This document shows positions 10,329 to 20,129 of a stretch of DNA of 64,000 nt, piece after piece. The stretch is from a virus (lineage: Duplodnaviria; Heunggongvirae; Uroviricota; Caudoviricetes), in IMG/VR virus record IMGVR_UViG_3300033121_001869, positions 45,076 to 109,075 of that record, one strand, 5' to 3'. The stretch's first letter is position 1; every line of letters starts with the position of its first letter. The position numbers were made by a program, and so were the translations under genes. Under the pieces are notes generated by a model, which was not told the origin of the DNA, searched no databases, and was given only the letters and a program-made list of their open reading frames with translations.

Positions 10329-11186
10329 TTAAACTTCCACAACATATTGTCCACTATATTCCCTAAAATCTGGCTTTCTCATGACTGTTATAACTGTTAA
10401 TTTAAATTCATTCTCACCAGCCTCTAATTGACAAACAATGTTTAGATTTGTTTTTTTATTTCTTATGACAAATCTATTAGGTTCGCCAGCTTTAACTCCC
10501 TTAGTTGGATAATCATCCTCCTCTTGATTTATATTAAACTCATCTTGCATAAGTGAAATAGTCAACTGCTCAATCGATGATTGAATATCGTCCAATATTT
10601 CATCCTTAGAGATATTAGCTCCTATTTTATCATTATCATTTGATGAAAATCCATGTCTGAATTGTCTATCAAGTGCATGTGAAACTGCCTCAACATCAAT
10701 TCTAATTTCAACTGGTTCTTTTATATCACCAATGAATTCTGGCTTTCTATATGATTTTCCTATGTATGGATTTCTAATCTGATTAGTTTCTGAAATACCC
10801 TTCATTCGTCTTCGTGATACTTCCCTATCTTTTTTAGGAATATCTAATTTATCTATAACATCTATAAACTCCTGTGGTGGTTTATAATCATGTTTTTCAA
10901 TATAGTGTATTAATAATTCTGGATAGCAATAAATTTTGCCGTTTCCTCTAACTTCATAATTTGTAGATCCCCTAGCATCATTACAAAAAGGACAACGATG
11001 AAATCCCTTGTATCTTTCACTTGGTTCTATCAGTTTTAATTTCTGTATTATATTATCATCAACTTTACCTTTAGTATAATCCTTAGATGAATCTAACCAT
11101 CCAACATTAACTCTGCCTTCCTTTCTGGAATATGTATATGGTGTTAAATCTTCATAATATGATTCAAATAATTTTAAATACTTCAT
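10329..11186 (-). CDS. two-domain hypothetical protein, N-terminal tag
   Basis: MKYLKLFESYYEDLTPY, GFHRCPFC, HYIEKHDYKPP; TAATATATA at 11192-11200. Confidence 0.7.
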   Translation of the reverse strand: MKYLKLFESYYEDLTPYTYSRKEGRVNVGWLDSSKDYTKGKVDDNIIQKLKLIEPSERYKGFHRCPFCNDARGSTNYEVRGNGKIYCYPELLIHYIEKHDYKPPQEFIDVIDKLDIPKKDREVSRRRMKGISETNQIRNPYIGKSYRKPEFIGDIKEPVEIRIDVEAVSHALDRQFRHGFSSNDNDKIGANISKDEILDDIQSSIEQLTISLMQDEFNINQEEDDYPTKGVKAGEPNRFVIRNKKTNLNIVCQLEAGENEFKLTVITVMRKPDFREYSGQYVVEV

Positions 11187-11197
11187 AAGTGTATATA

Positions 11198-11599
11198 TTA
11201 TTTATAATAAATTGTTATATCAAATGATTCCTCCAAATCACCTTCAACTTGAACCCATTCCATATACTGCCTAATATTATCACATTCCACTTTATATCCA
11301 AGTCCCTCTATCAATTTAACAAAATGATAAATATCTGGACCCATTTGTTGAAATTTATCTAAATGATCAACTCCACACCATAAGTTTATTTGTAAATAAG
11401 GATCTGGTTTGTCCAATTCCAAACCATAAGTAAAGAAATTATAAAAAATACCAGGGGTTTCATCTTCACTTGTTAGAAATTCTTCTTTTTCCAAATTATA
11501 TTTATCAACTATATCTTGAAAATAGTTTGCAATCTCATTAATAAAATCTTCTTGATCAATCTTATCAATTAATTTTTCATATGTTTTTAAATATCTCAT
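11198..11599 (-). CDS. hypothetical protein, N-terminal tag
   Basis: MRYLKTYE. Confidence 0.65.
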   Translation of the reverse strand: MRYLKTYEKLIDKIDQEDFINEIANYFQDIVDKYNLEKEEFLTSEDETPGIFYNFFTYGLELDKPDPYLQINLWCGVDHLDKFQQMGPDIYHFVKLIEGLGYKVECDNIRQYMEWVQVEGDLEESFDITIYYK

Positions 11600-12261
11600 T
11601 TCACTTTAACACCCTCAAATTCAACATGAGGTAATTTTTCCTTAACTAATTTTTCAACAGCATTAACTATTTTAGATTTATCATCATAAAATTTAGCCTT
11701 TTTAAATCCACCATCTTCTATTATCTTAACAACTGTTTTTGATTTCCATATTGCAACTTTACTACCAGATTCATCTCTGCTAGGGTAACAATGCAATCCA
11801 TGGTTTGGCTGATCCAATCCTAATTTATCTAAATATTCAGATACTTTATCTTTAACTGTTTTAATTCTGGCAGTTACGATTGCTTTGTTTTTAACACTAT
11901 TGTAAAGCTTAGATAATTCTAATGATTTATCCGGAAAAGATAAATCCGTATAGTAGAATTTATCTGGTGAAAAAAGATAAACTCTAGATTTTTTTCTAAC
12001 CCAATTTCCTTTTACTTTTATTTTTTCATCTGGATCATCAACATATATTCGACCATTCTCTATTTTTAAATCATCAATTGAAACCTTTATTAGATTAACC
12101 GATTTGTTTACCAAATCTCTTATAGTAACATTTTCTTTAAGCAGTTTAATGACTAAATCCTCGAATTTCGGACTATCGACAATGGTTCCATCAAAATCAA
12201 ATATATGTATTGTCTCATCCTCTTTAAATTCAAACAACCTATAAGTTGAAATATACTTCAT
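11596..12261 (-). CDS. HAD-superfamily phosphatase, N-terminal tag
   Basis: IFDFDGT motif I, FYDDK motif IV. Confidence 0.75.
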   Translation of the reverse strand: MKYISTYRLFEFKEDETIHIFDFDGTIVDSPKFEDLVIKLLKENVTIRDLVNKSVNLIKVSIDDLKIENGRIYVDDPDEKIKVKGNWVRKKSRVYLFSPDKFYYTDLSFPDKSLELSKLYNSVKNKAIVTARIKTVKDKVSEYLDKLGLDQPNHGLHCYPSRDESGSKVAIWKSKTVVKIIEDGGFKKAKFYDDKSKIVNAVEKLVKEKLPHVEFEGVKVK

Positions 12262-12274
12262 TCAGTATATATTA

Positions 12275-12988
12275 TTATTTAGACCAAGTATTCAAATCTT
12301 CTTTTTCTTTAGGAGTCAAAGAATCCATGCCATATTTAGATATCTTATCTAAAATGTCATCCAATTCCTTCGGAGCTTGCATATCATCCAAATGTGAAAG
12401 TGCTTTATCAAAATGACTCAATGTTTCCTCTTTACTTCTATTAAATATTTTTGGATTCCTTGGATCTAATTCTTTCATTATTTCTGTCAGTTCTTTTAAT
12501 TCATTTAGAAACTTTTGATGTTCAAAAACGCTATCATCCACCATTTTAACAATAGATATAATTTTTTTAAAAAGTTCAATACTTTGATTTAACTTTTCTA
12601 CTTGTTTCTGTTTGATATCCTCATTATCAGACACTATTAAATTTTCAATCTTTAATTTATCAATTATATCTTCGGAAGATTTATAAACATCAATACCACT
12701 TTTTAATTTAATATATTCTGAGAAACTTGTATTATAAACTTCATTATTTATCTTCTTAGATATTCTCATTTTAATAGCATTGGTAAATACCGCATCTATA
12801 ATATTAATAGTAGTATCTGTGAGATCAGATTCTAATTTTTTATCTTTGAATATAAATGGAAAATAATTTCCTTTAATCTTTTGTGCCAAAATATTTATAT
12901 ACCCAGTGACTTGTAAAATACTTTTCAAAATAAATCTTGTGATTTTACCTTCATTAATGAATTCACTATATGTTGTTATATGTTTCAT
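12275..12988 (-). CDS. hypothetical protein, N-terminal tag, C-terminal DUF6576-like helix pair
   Basis: MKHITTYSEFINEG; LDDILDKISKYGMDSLTPKEKEDL. Confidence 0.7.
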   Translation of the reverse strand: MKHITTYSEFINEGKITRFILKSILQVTGYINILAQKIKGNYFPFIFKDKKLESDLTDTTINIIDAVFTNAIKMRISKKINNEVYNTSFSEYIKLKSGIDVYKSSEDIIDKLKIENLIVSDNEDIKQKQVEKLNQSIELFKKIISIVKMVDDSVFEHQKFLNELKELTEIMKELDPRNPKIFNRSKEETLSHFDKALSHLDDMQAPKELDDILDKISKYGMDSLTPKEKEDLNTWSK

Positions 12989-12998
12989 TTATTATATA

Positions 12999-13982
12999 TT
13001 ATTTATACTTCCAAATAAAACCACTTGCGGATTTTAATCTACCAACACAACAATCACCAATATTTCCATCATTGACATTACAAGTAACAGAGGCTTCTTT
13101 AATTGATTTAAATTCATTTAATAAAATTCCATCTTTTGAATATTGAAAAACTGCCCTTAGTGTACTTCTATCAAGTTTATCCAATCCCAAATCAAACCAA
13201 GAATCTTTATATCTCCAAATAAATCCATGACAAGTCTTCATTCTACCTTGGCAACATCTTTCAGGTTTAATTTTTAAATTTTTATATACCGAAATAGCAC
13301 TATCCCACTCCTTTATCAAATTACCACTCAAGTCATATTGTAAAACAATTTTTGTTGGTTGAGAAGCACATTGTTTTTTCCAAATTCTTTTATCTTTCTT
13401 TATATCATAATCTTTAATATTATCCCAAACCTTTTTCTCACTACAATCTAACTTTTCGGCAATTTTCGGCATTGATAAATTCTCTTTAATATAAAGTTGA
13501 TATAATAAATCTCTATCGATTGGTTGTTTCAAATTATCACCTGATCGATTGTAGTTTGGAGTTTCCAAAGACTTTTCTTTAATAGAAATTGATATTTTAT
13601 TTTTATGTTCTTCAGATAATTTTTGACCAAGTTTAGATTTTCTCATTCTATCTCTGGATTCTTCGGTGTGTTTATATCCACTTCCACCTTGACCACCATC
13701 AGTTAAATTGGTTAAGTTATATCCTCTTGATTTATACAATTCAATATAATAACATTCCCAGTATTTCCACTCATCTTGTGGAACTTCATCTACTATTTTA
13801 ATTAATGGTTTAAGTCCTTTAGATAATAAAGATTTTATCCAAGATATTTTATGTGATCTTTTGTCAGATTTAGATTCTTGGATATGTGAGTAGAGTCTTT
13901 GTTTAAGATATTGATCTGTTTTTCCGATATACCTAACTTCTTCGGTTATTGGATCACAAAGTGAATAAATAAAAGTTTTCAT
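12999..13982 (-). CDS. GIY-YIG homing endonuclease with NUMOD repeats
   Basis: FIYSLCDP...YIGKT, E..YI, NLTDGGQG, HTEESR, VLQYDLSG repeats. Confidence 0.85.
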   Translation of the reverse strand: MKTFIYSLCDPITEEVRYIGKTDQYLKQRLYSHIQESKSDKRSHKISWIKSLLSKGLKPLIKIVDEVPQDEWKYWECYYIELYKSRGYNLTNLTDGGQGGSGYKHTEESRDRMRKSKLGQKLSEEHKNKISISIKEKSLETPNYNRSGDNLKQPIDRDLLYQLYIKENLSMPKIAEKLDCSEKKVWDNIKDYDIKKDKRIWKKQCASQPTKIVLQYDLSGNLIKEWDSAISVYKNLKIKPERCCQGRMKTCHGFIWRYKDSWFDLGLDKLDRSTLRAVFQYSKDGILLNEFKSIKEASVTCNVNDGNIGDCCVGRLKSASGFIWKYK

Positions 13983-14015
13983 AGGCTTTTTATTTTATAT
14001 ATAAAATAAGGTAAC

Positions 14016-14816
14016 CTACTTTTTCACCATAAAGAAAAAGCTTGAGTCTGACTGTCCTTTTATCTCTTCCTCGACCTCTTTTACCTCTTCTTTACCTTGA
14101 GACGTTATATCCGCACTGTTTATTTTCACATTTCCGGGAAGTGTAAAATCATATCGACCAGTCAAGTTTCCATATTGAATTTTAGCTAATCCAGTCACAT
14201 ACTTAATAAATAAATCATCTTTAAATAAATACTCTGGTAATATATTAGCATATGCTTCCATAACAACATCATGCTTAACATCCGTTAATATATGTAATCT
14301 ATGTTGTAATTGATTGAAATGATATCTTAGTGTGTATTTATTCAATTGATTTAACATATCAGACATTGAGTCTAATATTGTCTTATAAACACCCAAATCA
14401 CCTATTGTAGTAACGTAGGATGATAAGTAAGGTTGATTAGTCACACCAAGGTTAACAGATAAATTTGGAGTATTTATTCCCAGTTGAAATAAGCTAGCAT
14501 TTCTAACTTCATATAGATAAGTTACTGATTGAATCTCACACGGAACATTAACATATCTATAATTAGTAAATTCTTCTGTAAAGAAAGCATCCTTTTTTAT
14601 AAGAAAATATAACTTCTGAACAGCAAATTGGTATCTTCTATAAAAATACGGCATCGCTTTAGTTTCAACAATTCTCCTTATTTCAGAATCAGGTAAATTC
14701 TTTGGTAAAGCGCAACCAACTGTTATTTCATTTTGAACAAAGTCAATAAACTCTTCAATTGTATATCCTCCTTGATAAGGTGTGTATTCATTTCCATAAC
14801 CATTTAAATCTGCCAT
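14016..14816 (-). CDS. gp13: T4 gp13-like neck protein
   Basis: C-terminal KYVTGLAKIQYG...TLPGNVKIN...EEVKEVEEEI pattern; TAATATATA upstream. Confidence 0.7.
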   Translation of the reverse strand: MADLNGYGNEYTPYQGGYTIEEFIDFVQNEITVGCALPKNLPDSEIRRIVETKAMPYFYRRYQFAVQKLYFLIKKDAFFTEEFTNYRYVNVPCEIQSVTYLYEVRNASLFQLGINTPNLSVNLGVTNQPYLSSYVTTIGDLGVYKTILDSMSDMLNQLNKYTLRYHFNQLQHRLHILTDVKHDVVMEAYANILPEYLFKDDLFIKYVTGLAKIQYGNLTGRYDFTLPGNVKINSADITSQGKEEVKEVEEEIKGQSDSSFFFMVKK

Positions 14817-14853
14817 ACACTATATATTAATTTAATATTCTATTAATATATGA

Positions 14854-15186
14854 TTATCTTAACCACCAATCACCAGATCTAACTTCTTCAAATCCAGAAG
14901 TATCATACTTATATTCATAAATCCAACAAGATTTATCTGATATTAATATTTTTCTTCTTTCAAACTCATGACCTTCAAATTCATCTAATTCTTGGAATAT
15001 TTCCGGATCAACTAAATAAATATCTCCCGTTACTTTTCCAGATTTTGTTCTTACAAATCCAGGATAAAATTCATTAACTTTATAAATTACACCATTGGCA
15101 AATGTTCTTTCACAAAAAACGGCATTTTTTAATAGTGGCTTAGCAGAATCTCTAAATTGTCCATATACAAATAAATACTCTTTCAT
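14854..15186 (-). CDS. gamma-glutamylcyclotransferase (AIG2-like)
   Basis: YLFVYG, LDEFEG, ERRKI motifs. Confidence 0.8.
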   Translation of the reverse strand: MKEYLFVYGQFRDSAKPLLKNAVFCERTFANGVIYKVNEFYPGFVRTKSGKVTGDIYLVDPEIFQELDEFEGHEFERRKILISDKSCWIYEYKYDTSGFEEVRSGDWWLR

Positions 15187-15208
15187 ATTTATTATATATT
15201 TGATTATT

Positions 15209-16249
15209 TTATTTAAAGTTATTACTCTTACCCAGATCTCTTAAAATATTTTTCTCATCACTTGTAATAGAAGTTGGTATTTTTATATTAATTCTAATAA
15301 ATAAATCTCCCATTCTACCGTGCATATCGGGGATTCCTTTACCAACCACTCTAAGAAGCTTGCCGTGTGAGGTTCCTGGTAATATAGTGTATTTTATGTC
15401 TGTATTGTGTGGTGTTTTAATAGACTTTTCAACACCCAATATAGCATCAATAACAGGAATTGTTTCATCATAAATAAGATTTATATCTTCTCGTTTAAAT
15501 TTAGAATCTGGTATTTCATCAATGATTATTTGTAGATCCCCAGGAATACCATCTTTTATGTGATTTCCATATTGTGGCATAGACATGTAATTACCATCTA
15601 CTGCTCCTTTAGGTATTTCAACATCAACGGTTTCTTGTTTAACAACTACACCCTGCCCATGACATTTTTTACAAGGATTTTTAACAGATTTTCCATTTCC
15701 AGAACAATGTGAACAAACAGCAGTTTGTCTAATCGATCCAAATGCTGTATTTTGAACATAACTTCTATGTCCAGTTCCATTACAGTGTCCACAATTTACA
15801 ATATCTTCTCCTCCTTTACCATCACAAGTATCACATTTAACATTTCTATTATATTTTATTTTCTTGCGAACACCAAATATAATATCATTCAATGTTAAAC
15901 TAACTGTCATTCTTAAATCAGATCCCTTACGTCTTTGTTGTTGTCTGCGGTTTCCAAAACTTCCAAAAATATCTCCAAATTGTGAAAATAGATCTTCAAA
16001 AGGAACTCCGCTTCCTCCACCAAATGGATTTTGATTACCTGTTGTTCCAAATCTATCGTATTGTGATTTTTTTTCTTCGTCGGAAAGAATTGAGTATGCA
16101 TTTGAAATTTGTTTAAATTTTTCTTCAGATTCCTTCGATCCATTATTTTTATCCGGATGGTATTTCAATGCCAACCTTTTATATGCCTTTTTAATGTCAC
16201 TAGAAGTAGCATTATTGTCTAATTCTAGTATTTTATACAAGTCTTCCAT
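15209..16249 (-). CDS. dnaJ: chaperone DnaJ
   Basis: J domain with HPD, four CxxCxGxG repeats, GDL motifs. Confidence 0.97.
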   Translation of the reverse strand: MEDLYKILELDNNATSSDIKKAYKRLALKYHPDKNNGSKESEEKFKQISNAYSILSDEEKKSQYDRFGTTGNQNPFGGGSGVPFEDLFSQFGDIFGSFGNRRQQQRRKGSDLRMTVSLTLNDIIFGVRKKIKYNRNVKCDTCDGKGGEDIVNCGHCNGTGHRSYVQNTAFGSIRQTAVCSHCSGNGKSVKNPCKKCHGQGVVVKQETVDVEIPKGAVDGNYMSMPQYGNHIKDGIPGDLQIIIDEIPDSKFKREDINLIYDETIPVIDAILGVEKSIKTPHNTDIKYTILPGTSHGKLLRVVGKGIPDMHGRMGDLFIRINIKIPTSITSDEKNILRDLGKSNNFK

Positions 16250-17167
16250 TTATATCTTATTCCATTTTCGTTCTAAATAAATAAATTTATTATCGATTAT
16301 AAATTTTTTAAAATCATCACATCTCTTACCGGTAAATTTAAAAGAATAAATATTACCCTTTGGTATTATCGAGATATTACTAACATCGATTATCTTATTT
16401 AATTGACTTTTAGACCAATTTAAAAGTTCAAAATTACCCAACAAAGTTATTGATTTCTTTTTATGTTTATTTAAACATACCGTCCCATCCCCGTCTATTA
16501 ATCCGGTTATATAACTCAAATTAAGTATTAAATCGTCACCAATATCAGGTGGTTGTAAAGTAAATGTCTTGTTAGCCCCTATTTTAAAATTAGAATATAA
16601 GTCTCTCTTAATTTGCTTTGAAAATATATCTAATTGACAAAATGTTCTTTTTGCGCCGAAAGATTTACTTTCAAATGTTCTTATCGGTGATTGTGTTTTT
16701 ATTTTATTCTTTAATAAATCTAAATGTGGTTTATCCTTTAAGGATAATTTGATTGCTATTCTAGAGTAGTTATTATCAATAAATCCATCAGCTGCTATAA
16801 AACCAGCCCAATAACACGAATCAATGTTTTTATCAAAAAAATATCTATGATTTACCTCATATTTATTTTTTTTAATTTTCTTTACACTCTTCTTTAACCC
16901 CAATTTAAAAGCTCTATTTAAAATGGAACTGTCGCTTCTATTACAAAGTAAATTCCTATATTCTTTAATTTCTTTAAATGGATAATTTTCCAATAAAATC
17001 ATATCTTCATTTTCTTTCCATCCTCTATTTACAATTTTTAATTTATTCAATTTGGCGGATATTTGAGACTTTTTACACTTCAACTGATATGAAATATCAT
17101 CCAAGGACATAATATTATAATTATCCACTAAATAATTTATATCTTCATCCGTCCAAATCTTTTTCAT
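16250..17167 (-). CDS. double-motif LAGLIDADG homing endonuclease
   Basis: YWAGFIAADG and YITGLIDGDG; N-terminal WT.EDI..L repeats. Confidence 0.85.
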   Translation of the reverse strand: MKKIWTDEDINYLVDNYNIMSLDDISYQLKCKKSQISAKLNKLKIVNRGWKENEDMILLENYPFKEIKEYRNLLCNRSDSSILNRAFKLGLKKSVKKIKKNKYEVNHRYFFDKNIDSCYWAGFIAADGFIDNNYSRIAIKLSLKDKPHLDLLKNKIKTQSPIRTFESKSFGAKRTFCQLDIFSKQIKRDLYSNFKIGANKTFTLQPPDIGDDLILNLSYITGLIDGDGTVCLNKHKKKSITLLGNFELLNWSKSQLNKIIDVSNISIIPKGNIYSFKFTGKRCDDFKKFIIDNKFIYLERKWNKI

Positions 17168-17213
17168 TACCTATATATTAGGAATAACCTTGTCCCTTCT
17201 ATTTTATTTAAAT

Positions 17214-17654
17214 TTATTGTGAAATAATTACTTTTGGATATTTAATGATTTTACCATTCAAAGTATATCCCTTTGATACAACACTAACAATGCCTTCGGT
17301 TCCAGTATTAATAACGGAAATAACTTCATGTAGGTTATCGTCATATTTATCTATCGGGACTTCCTCAATTCCTTGTGAATTGAGGAAATTTTTAAATTTA
17401 TCAGATATAAACTGAATATCCTTCAGAGTTTTTTCATCCTTTATCATTTTCAATGCTATATGTAAATCATTATCTAAATCTAAAATAGCATTTAATGATT
17501 GTAGTTTTGTGGAGTTTTTAATTTCTTCCTTTTCCTTCAAAACCCTTTTTTTATAATTTTCAAAATCGGCATATAACCGAACATAACTATCCTTCCAATC
17601 TTGCTCAGCCTTCTCCGTCTCAATCTCTATTTTTTCAATTTTGTCTGTCTCCAT
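17214..17654 (-). CDS. grpE: nucleotide exchange factor GrpE
   Basis: RLYADFENYKKR, LHEVI, KGYTLNGKIIKYPKV. Confidence 0.93.
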   Translation of the reverse strand: METDKIEKIEIETEKAEQDWKDSYVRLYADFENYKKRVLKEKEEIKNSTKLQSLNAILDLDNDLHIALKMIKDEKTLKDIQFISDKFKNFLNSQGIEEVPIDKYDDNLHEVISVINTGTEGIVSVVSKGYTLNGKIIKYPKVIISQ

Positions 17655-17691
17655 ATTTCAATTTTTATTCATCAAATTTTATGCCAATTAA

Positions 17692-18237
17692 TTAATAGTT
17701 AAACGATAAAATCTTTTTAACATTATTAGAATTTATATATTCGTGTGTTCCAAATTGATCAGTAACTCTTTGTATATCCAATTTTTCAGTTTTAGATTTA
17801 AAAACTTCAATATAGTCAACCAATTCAACCAATGAATTTTTATATTCAGCATCAGGAGTCCAATAGTCAGGAAATTTATCCAAAAATTTATCAACGACAG
17901 CTTCTAAACCTTTTTTTCTAACCAACACCAATGATCCTTGGTTTATTGATTTATTTGCCAAAAACTCGACAATATAAGTATTAAATTTGTGTATTAAATT
18001 TGAAGTTTCAATTATTTTTAATAGTCCAATGACTAAAGCATCTCTTTCAGAGATTTCAAATTCCTTATTCTCTTTTAAAATTTGTTCGGCTTCTTTTTCA
18101 GATCCAAGAACGTAATAAACGTATGTGTCCCAGACACACCTGACCACCAAATCAGTGGGAAAAACTCGTATTTGCATTTTAATATATAATTTTAAATTTA
18201 TAAAGAAAAAAACATAAAAGTTTATGATAAGTACCAA
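17692..18237 (-). CDS. hypothetical protein (probable start MQIRVF)
   Basis: 181-aa ORF. Confidence 0.65.
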   Translation of the reverse strand: MVLIINFYVFFFINLKLYIKMQIRVFPTDLVVRCVWDTYVYYVLGSEKEAEQILKENKEFEISERDALVIGLLKIIETSNLIHKFNTYIVEFLANKSINQGSLVLVRKKGLEAVVDKFLDKFPDYWTPDAEYKNSLVELVDYIEVFKSKTEKLDIQRVTDQFGTHEYINSNNVKKILSFNY

Positions 18238-19291
18238 GAAAACGATAGAGGAAGTACAGAAAGAAATTAATGTACAGGGTATTGATTTCCAAATTTTAGA
18301 ATATAATGGATTTACAAAAAATAATAAATTTAAACATTCTTGTGGATTTGAATTTGAAACTAGATTATCACATCTTCTTAACAGAAAAAGATGTCCAAAA
18401 TGTCATGGGAAATGGAGAGACAAAGAAATGTTTCAAAGTGAATCGAATAAGATTCATAATAATGAATATGAAATATTGGAATTTTCAAATGGCAATTCTA
18501 GCGTGAAAATAAGACATAAAAATTGCGGTAAAATATTTACACAAATAGGATATCAACATTTAAAAGGAAATAGATGTTTTCACTGTTATGGAATTAAAAA
18601 ACTATCAAAAGATTACATAATTAAAAAATCGTGTGAAATGTGGAATAATGAATATAAAATATTATCCGAAAAGATAGATTATAATAAAAAATCTAAATTT
18701 AGACATATTTGTGGATTTGAATATGATCAAATAACGAGCTCACATCTACTTGGACATGGGTGTCCAAAATGCGGCGGAAACGCAAGACACAACAAACAAT
18801 CAATTCAAGAAAAATCAGATAAAATTCACAACAAAGAATACCTAATATTATCCGAAGGCAAAAACACAAAAGATATTATTAAAATTAGACATACTGTTTG
18901 TGGTCGAGAATACACACAAAAAGTGGACTATCATATATCAGGAAGCATGTGCCCATATTGTAATTTGAGTAAAGGTGAAAAAATGATTGAAAAAGTACTA
19001 TCTGATTTAAATATTAAATATGAAAAGCAAAAAACATTCGAGGGTTGCAAATTCAAAAATAAATTAAAATTTGATTTTTTTATTCCAGAAATGAATATTT
19101 GTATAGAGTATGATGGAATTCAACACTTTCAGCCATGTTGGTATTTTGGAGGGAAAAAAGCATTCACATTACAAAAAATAAAAGATCAAATAAAAAATGA
19201 TTTCTGCCTCAACAATAAAATTAATTTAATTAGATTTAAATATGATGAGGATATTAAAATAATCGAAAATACTTTATTAAAGTTGAATTAA
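18224..19291 (+). CDS. homing-type endonuclease: zinc-ribbon repeats plus Vsr-like PD-(D/E)xK domain
   Basis: repeated H..CG..F...HL.G..CPKC units; FDFFIPEMNICIEYDGIQHF. Confidence 0.8.
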   Translation: MISTKKTIEEVQKEINVQGIDFQILEYNGFTKNNKFKHSCGFEFETRLSHLLNRKRCPKCHGKWRDKEMFQSESNKIHNNEYEILEFSNGNSSVKIRHKNCGKIFTQIGYQHLKGNRCFHCYGIKKLSKDYIIKKSCEMWNNEYKILSEKIDYNKKSKFRHICGFEYDQITSSHLLGHGCPKCGGNARHNKQSIQEKSDKIHNKEYLILSEGKNTKDIIKIRHTVCGREYTQKVDYHISGSMCPYCNLSKGEKMIEKVLSDLNIKYEKQKTFEGCKFKNKLKFDFFIPEMNICIEYDGIQHFQPCWYFGGKKAFTLQKIKDQIKNDFCLNNKINLIRFKYDEDIKIIENTLLKLN

Positions 19292-19301
19292 TATATACGT
19301 T

Positions 19302-20129
19302 ATGAAATACTTAAAGTCATTTGAATCAATCAATTTTGGAGATAAACATTTTGGAATTGCTGTCTTTGATTATATACCTTGGGCTAAATATCCAAAATCA
19401 ATAACTCAATTGCCTAAATATGATGATAAAATGAGAAGATTTTTATTAAGCTGGTTAAGTGATACACCATATGCGCCAATGGCTTATGTTTGGATGAATT
19501 ATGAAGGAAATTGGCTATTTAGATGGGACGCTCACCTTATTCAAAATAGAGATAGTAGTGAATATATGTTGGTTAATCAAAACACCAATGAATTATTATT
19601 TAATGGACGTTCTATTGATATAGAAGATTGGGAAGATATTGAAAAAATTAAACTAACACTTTTTTTAGGCAAAAGGGATAAATCTACTGAATATTTCAAT
19701 ATACTACAAGATGCTATAGAAGTATATGAAGTATTTGAGGATTATGATTTATCTAGTGATGATAATAATTCTTATACTGATAAGGATTATAGAATGATGA
19801 AACTAAAATCCGCAATCGAAGAGGAAGAAGTATATTTAGATATAACAGATGAGATGTTGATAGAATTTATCAAGAATTATACTGGAGATGTTGAATTTTA
19901 TAAAAGCCTAAGGAGATTTTTAGAAAAAAATGGAAATTTAACTTATCGTCAATTACAAGCAATGAAGAAAAAACCAAATATAGAAATGTATAATTTAGAT
20001 CCAAATAAAATATGTATTTTTCTAAATCCAAATATATATAAACACATAGGTGAGAGATTAGTAAACATGGGATATAAATCCCAAAAATGTAGATCAAGCT
20101 ATGGACATGAAATAATGTTATATAGATGA
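19302..20129 (+). CDS. hypothetical protein, N-terminal tag
   Basis: MKYLKSFES; TAATATATA at 19289-19297. Confidence 0.7.
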   Translation: MKYLKSFESINFGDKHFGIAVFDYIPWAKYPKSITQLPKYDDKMRRFLLSWLSDTPYAPMAYVWMNYEGNWLFRWDAHLIQNRDSSEYMLVNQNTNELLFNGRSIDIEDWEDIEKIKLTLFLGKRDKSTEYFNILQDAIEVYEVFEDYDLSSDDNNSYTDKDYRMMKLKSAIEEEEVYLDITDEMLIEFIKNYTGDVEFYKSLRRFLEKNGNLTYRQLQAMKKKPNIEMYNLDPNKICIFLNPNIYKHIGERLVNMGYKSQKCRSSYGHEIMLYR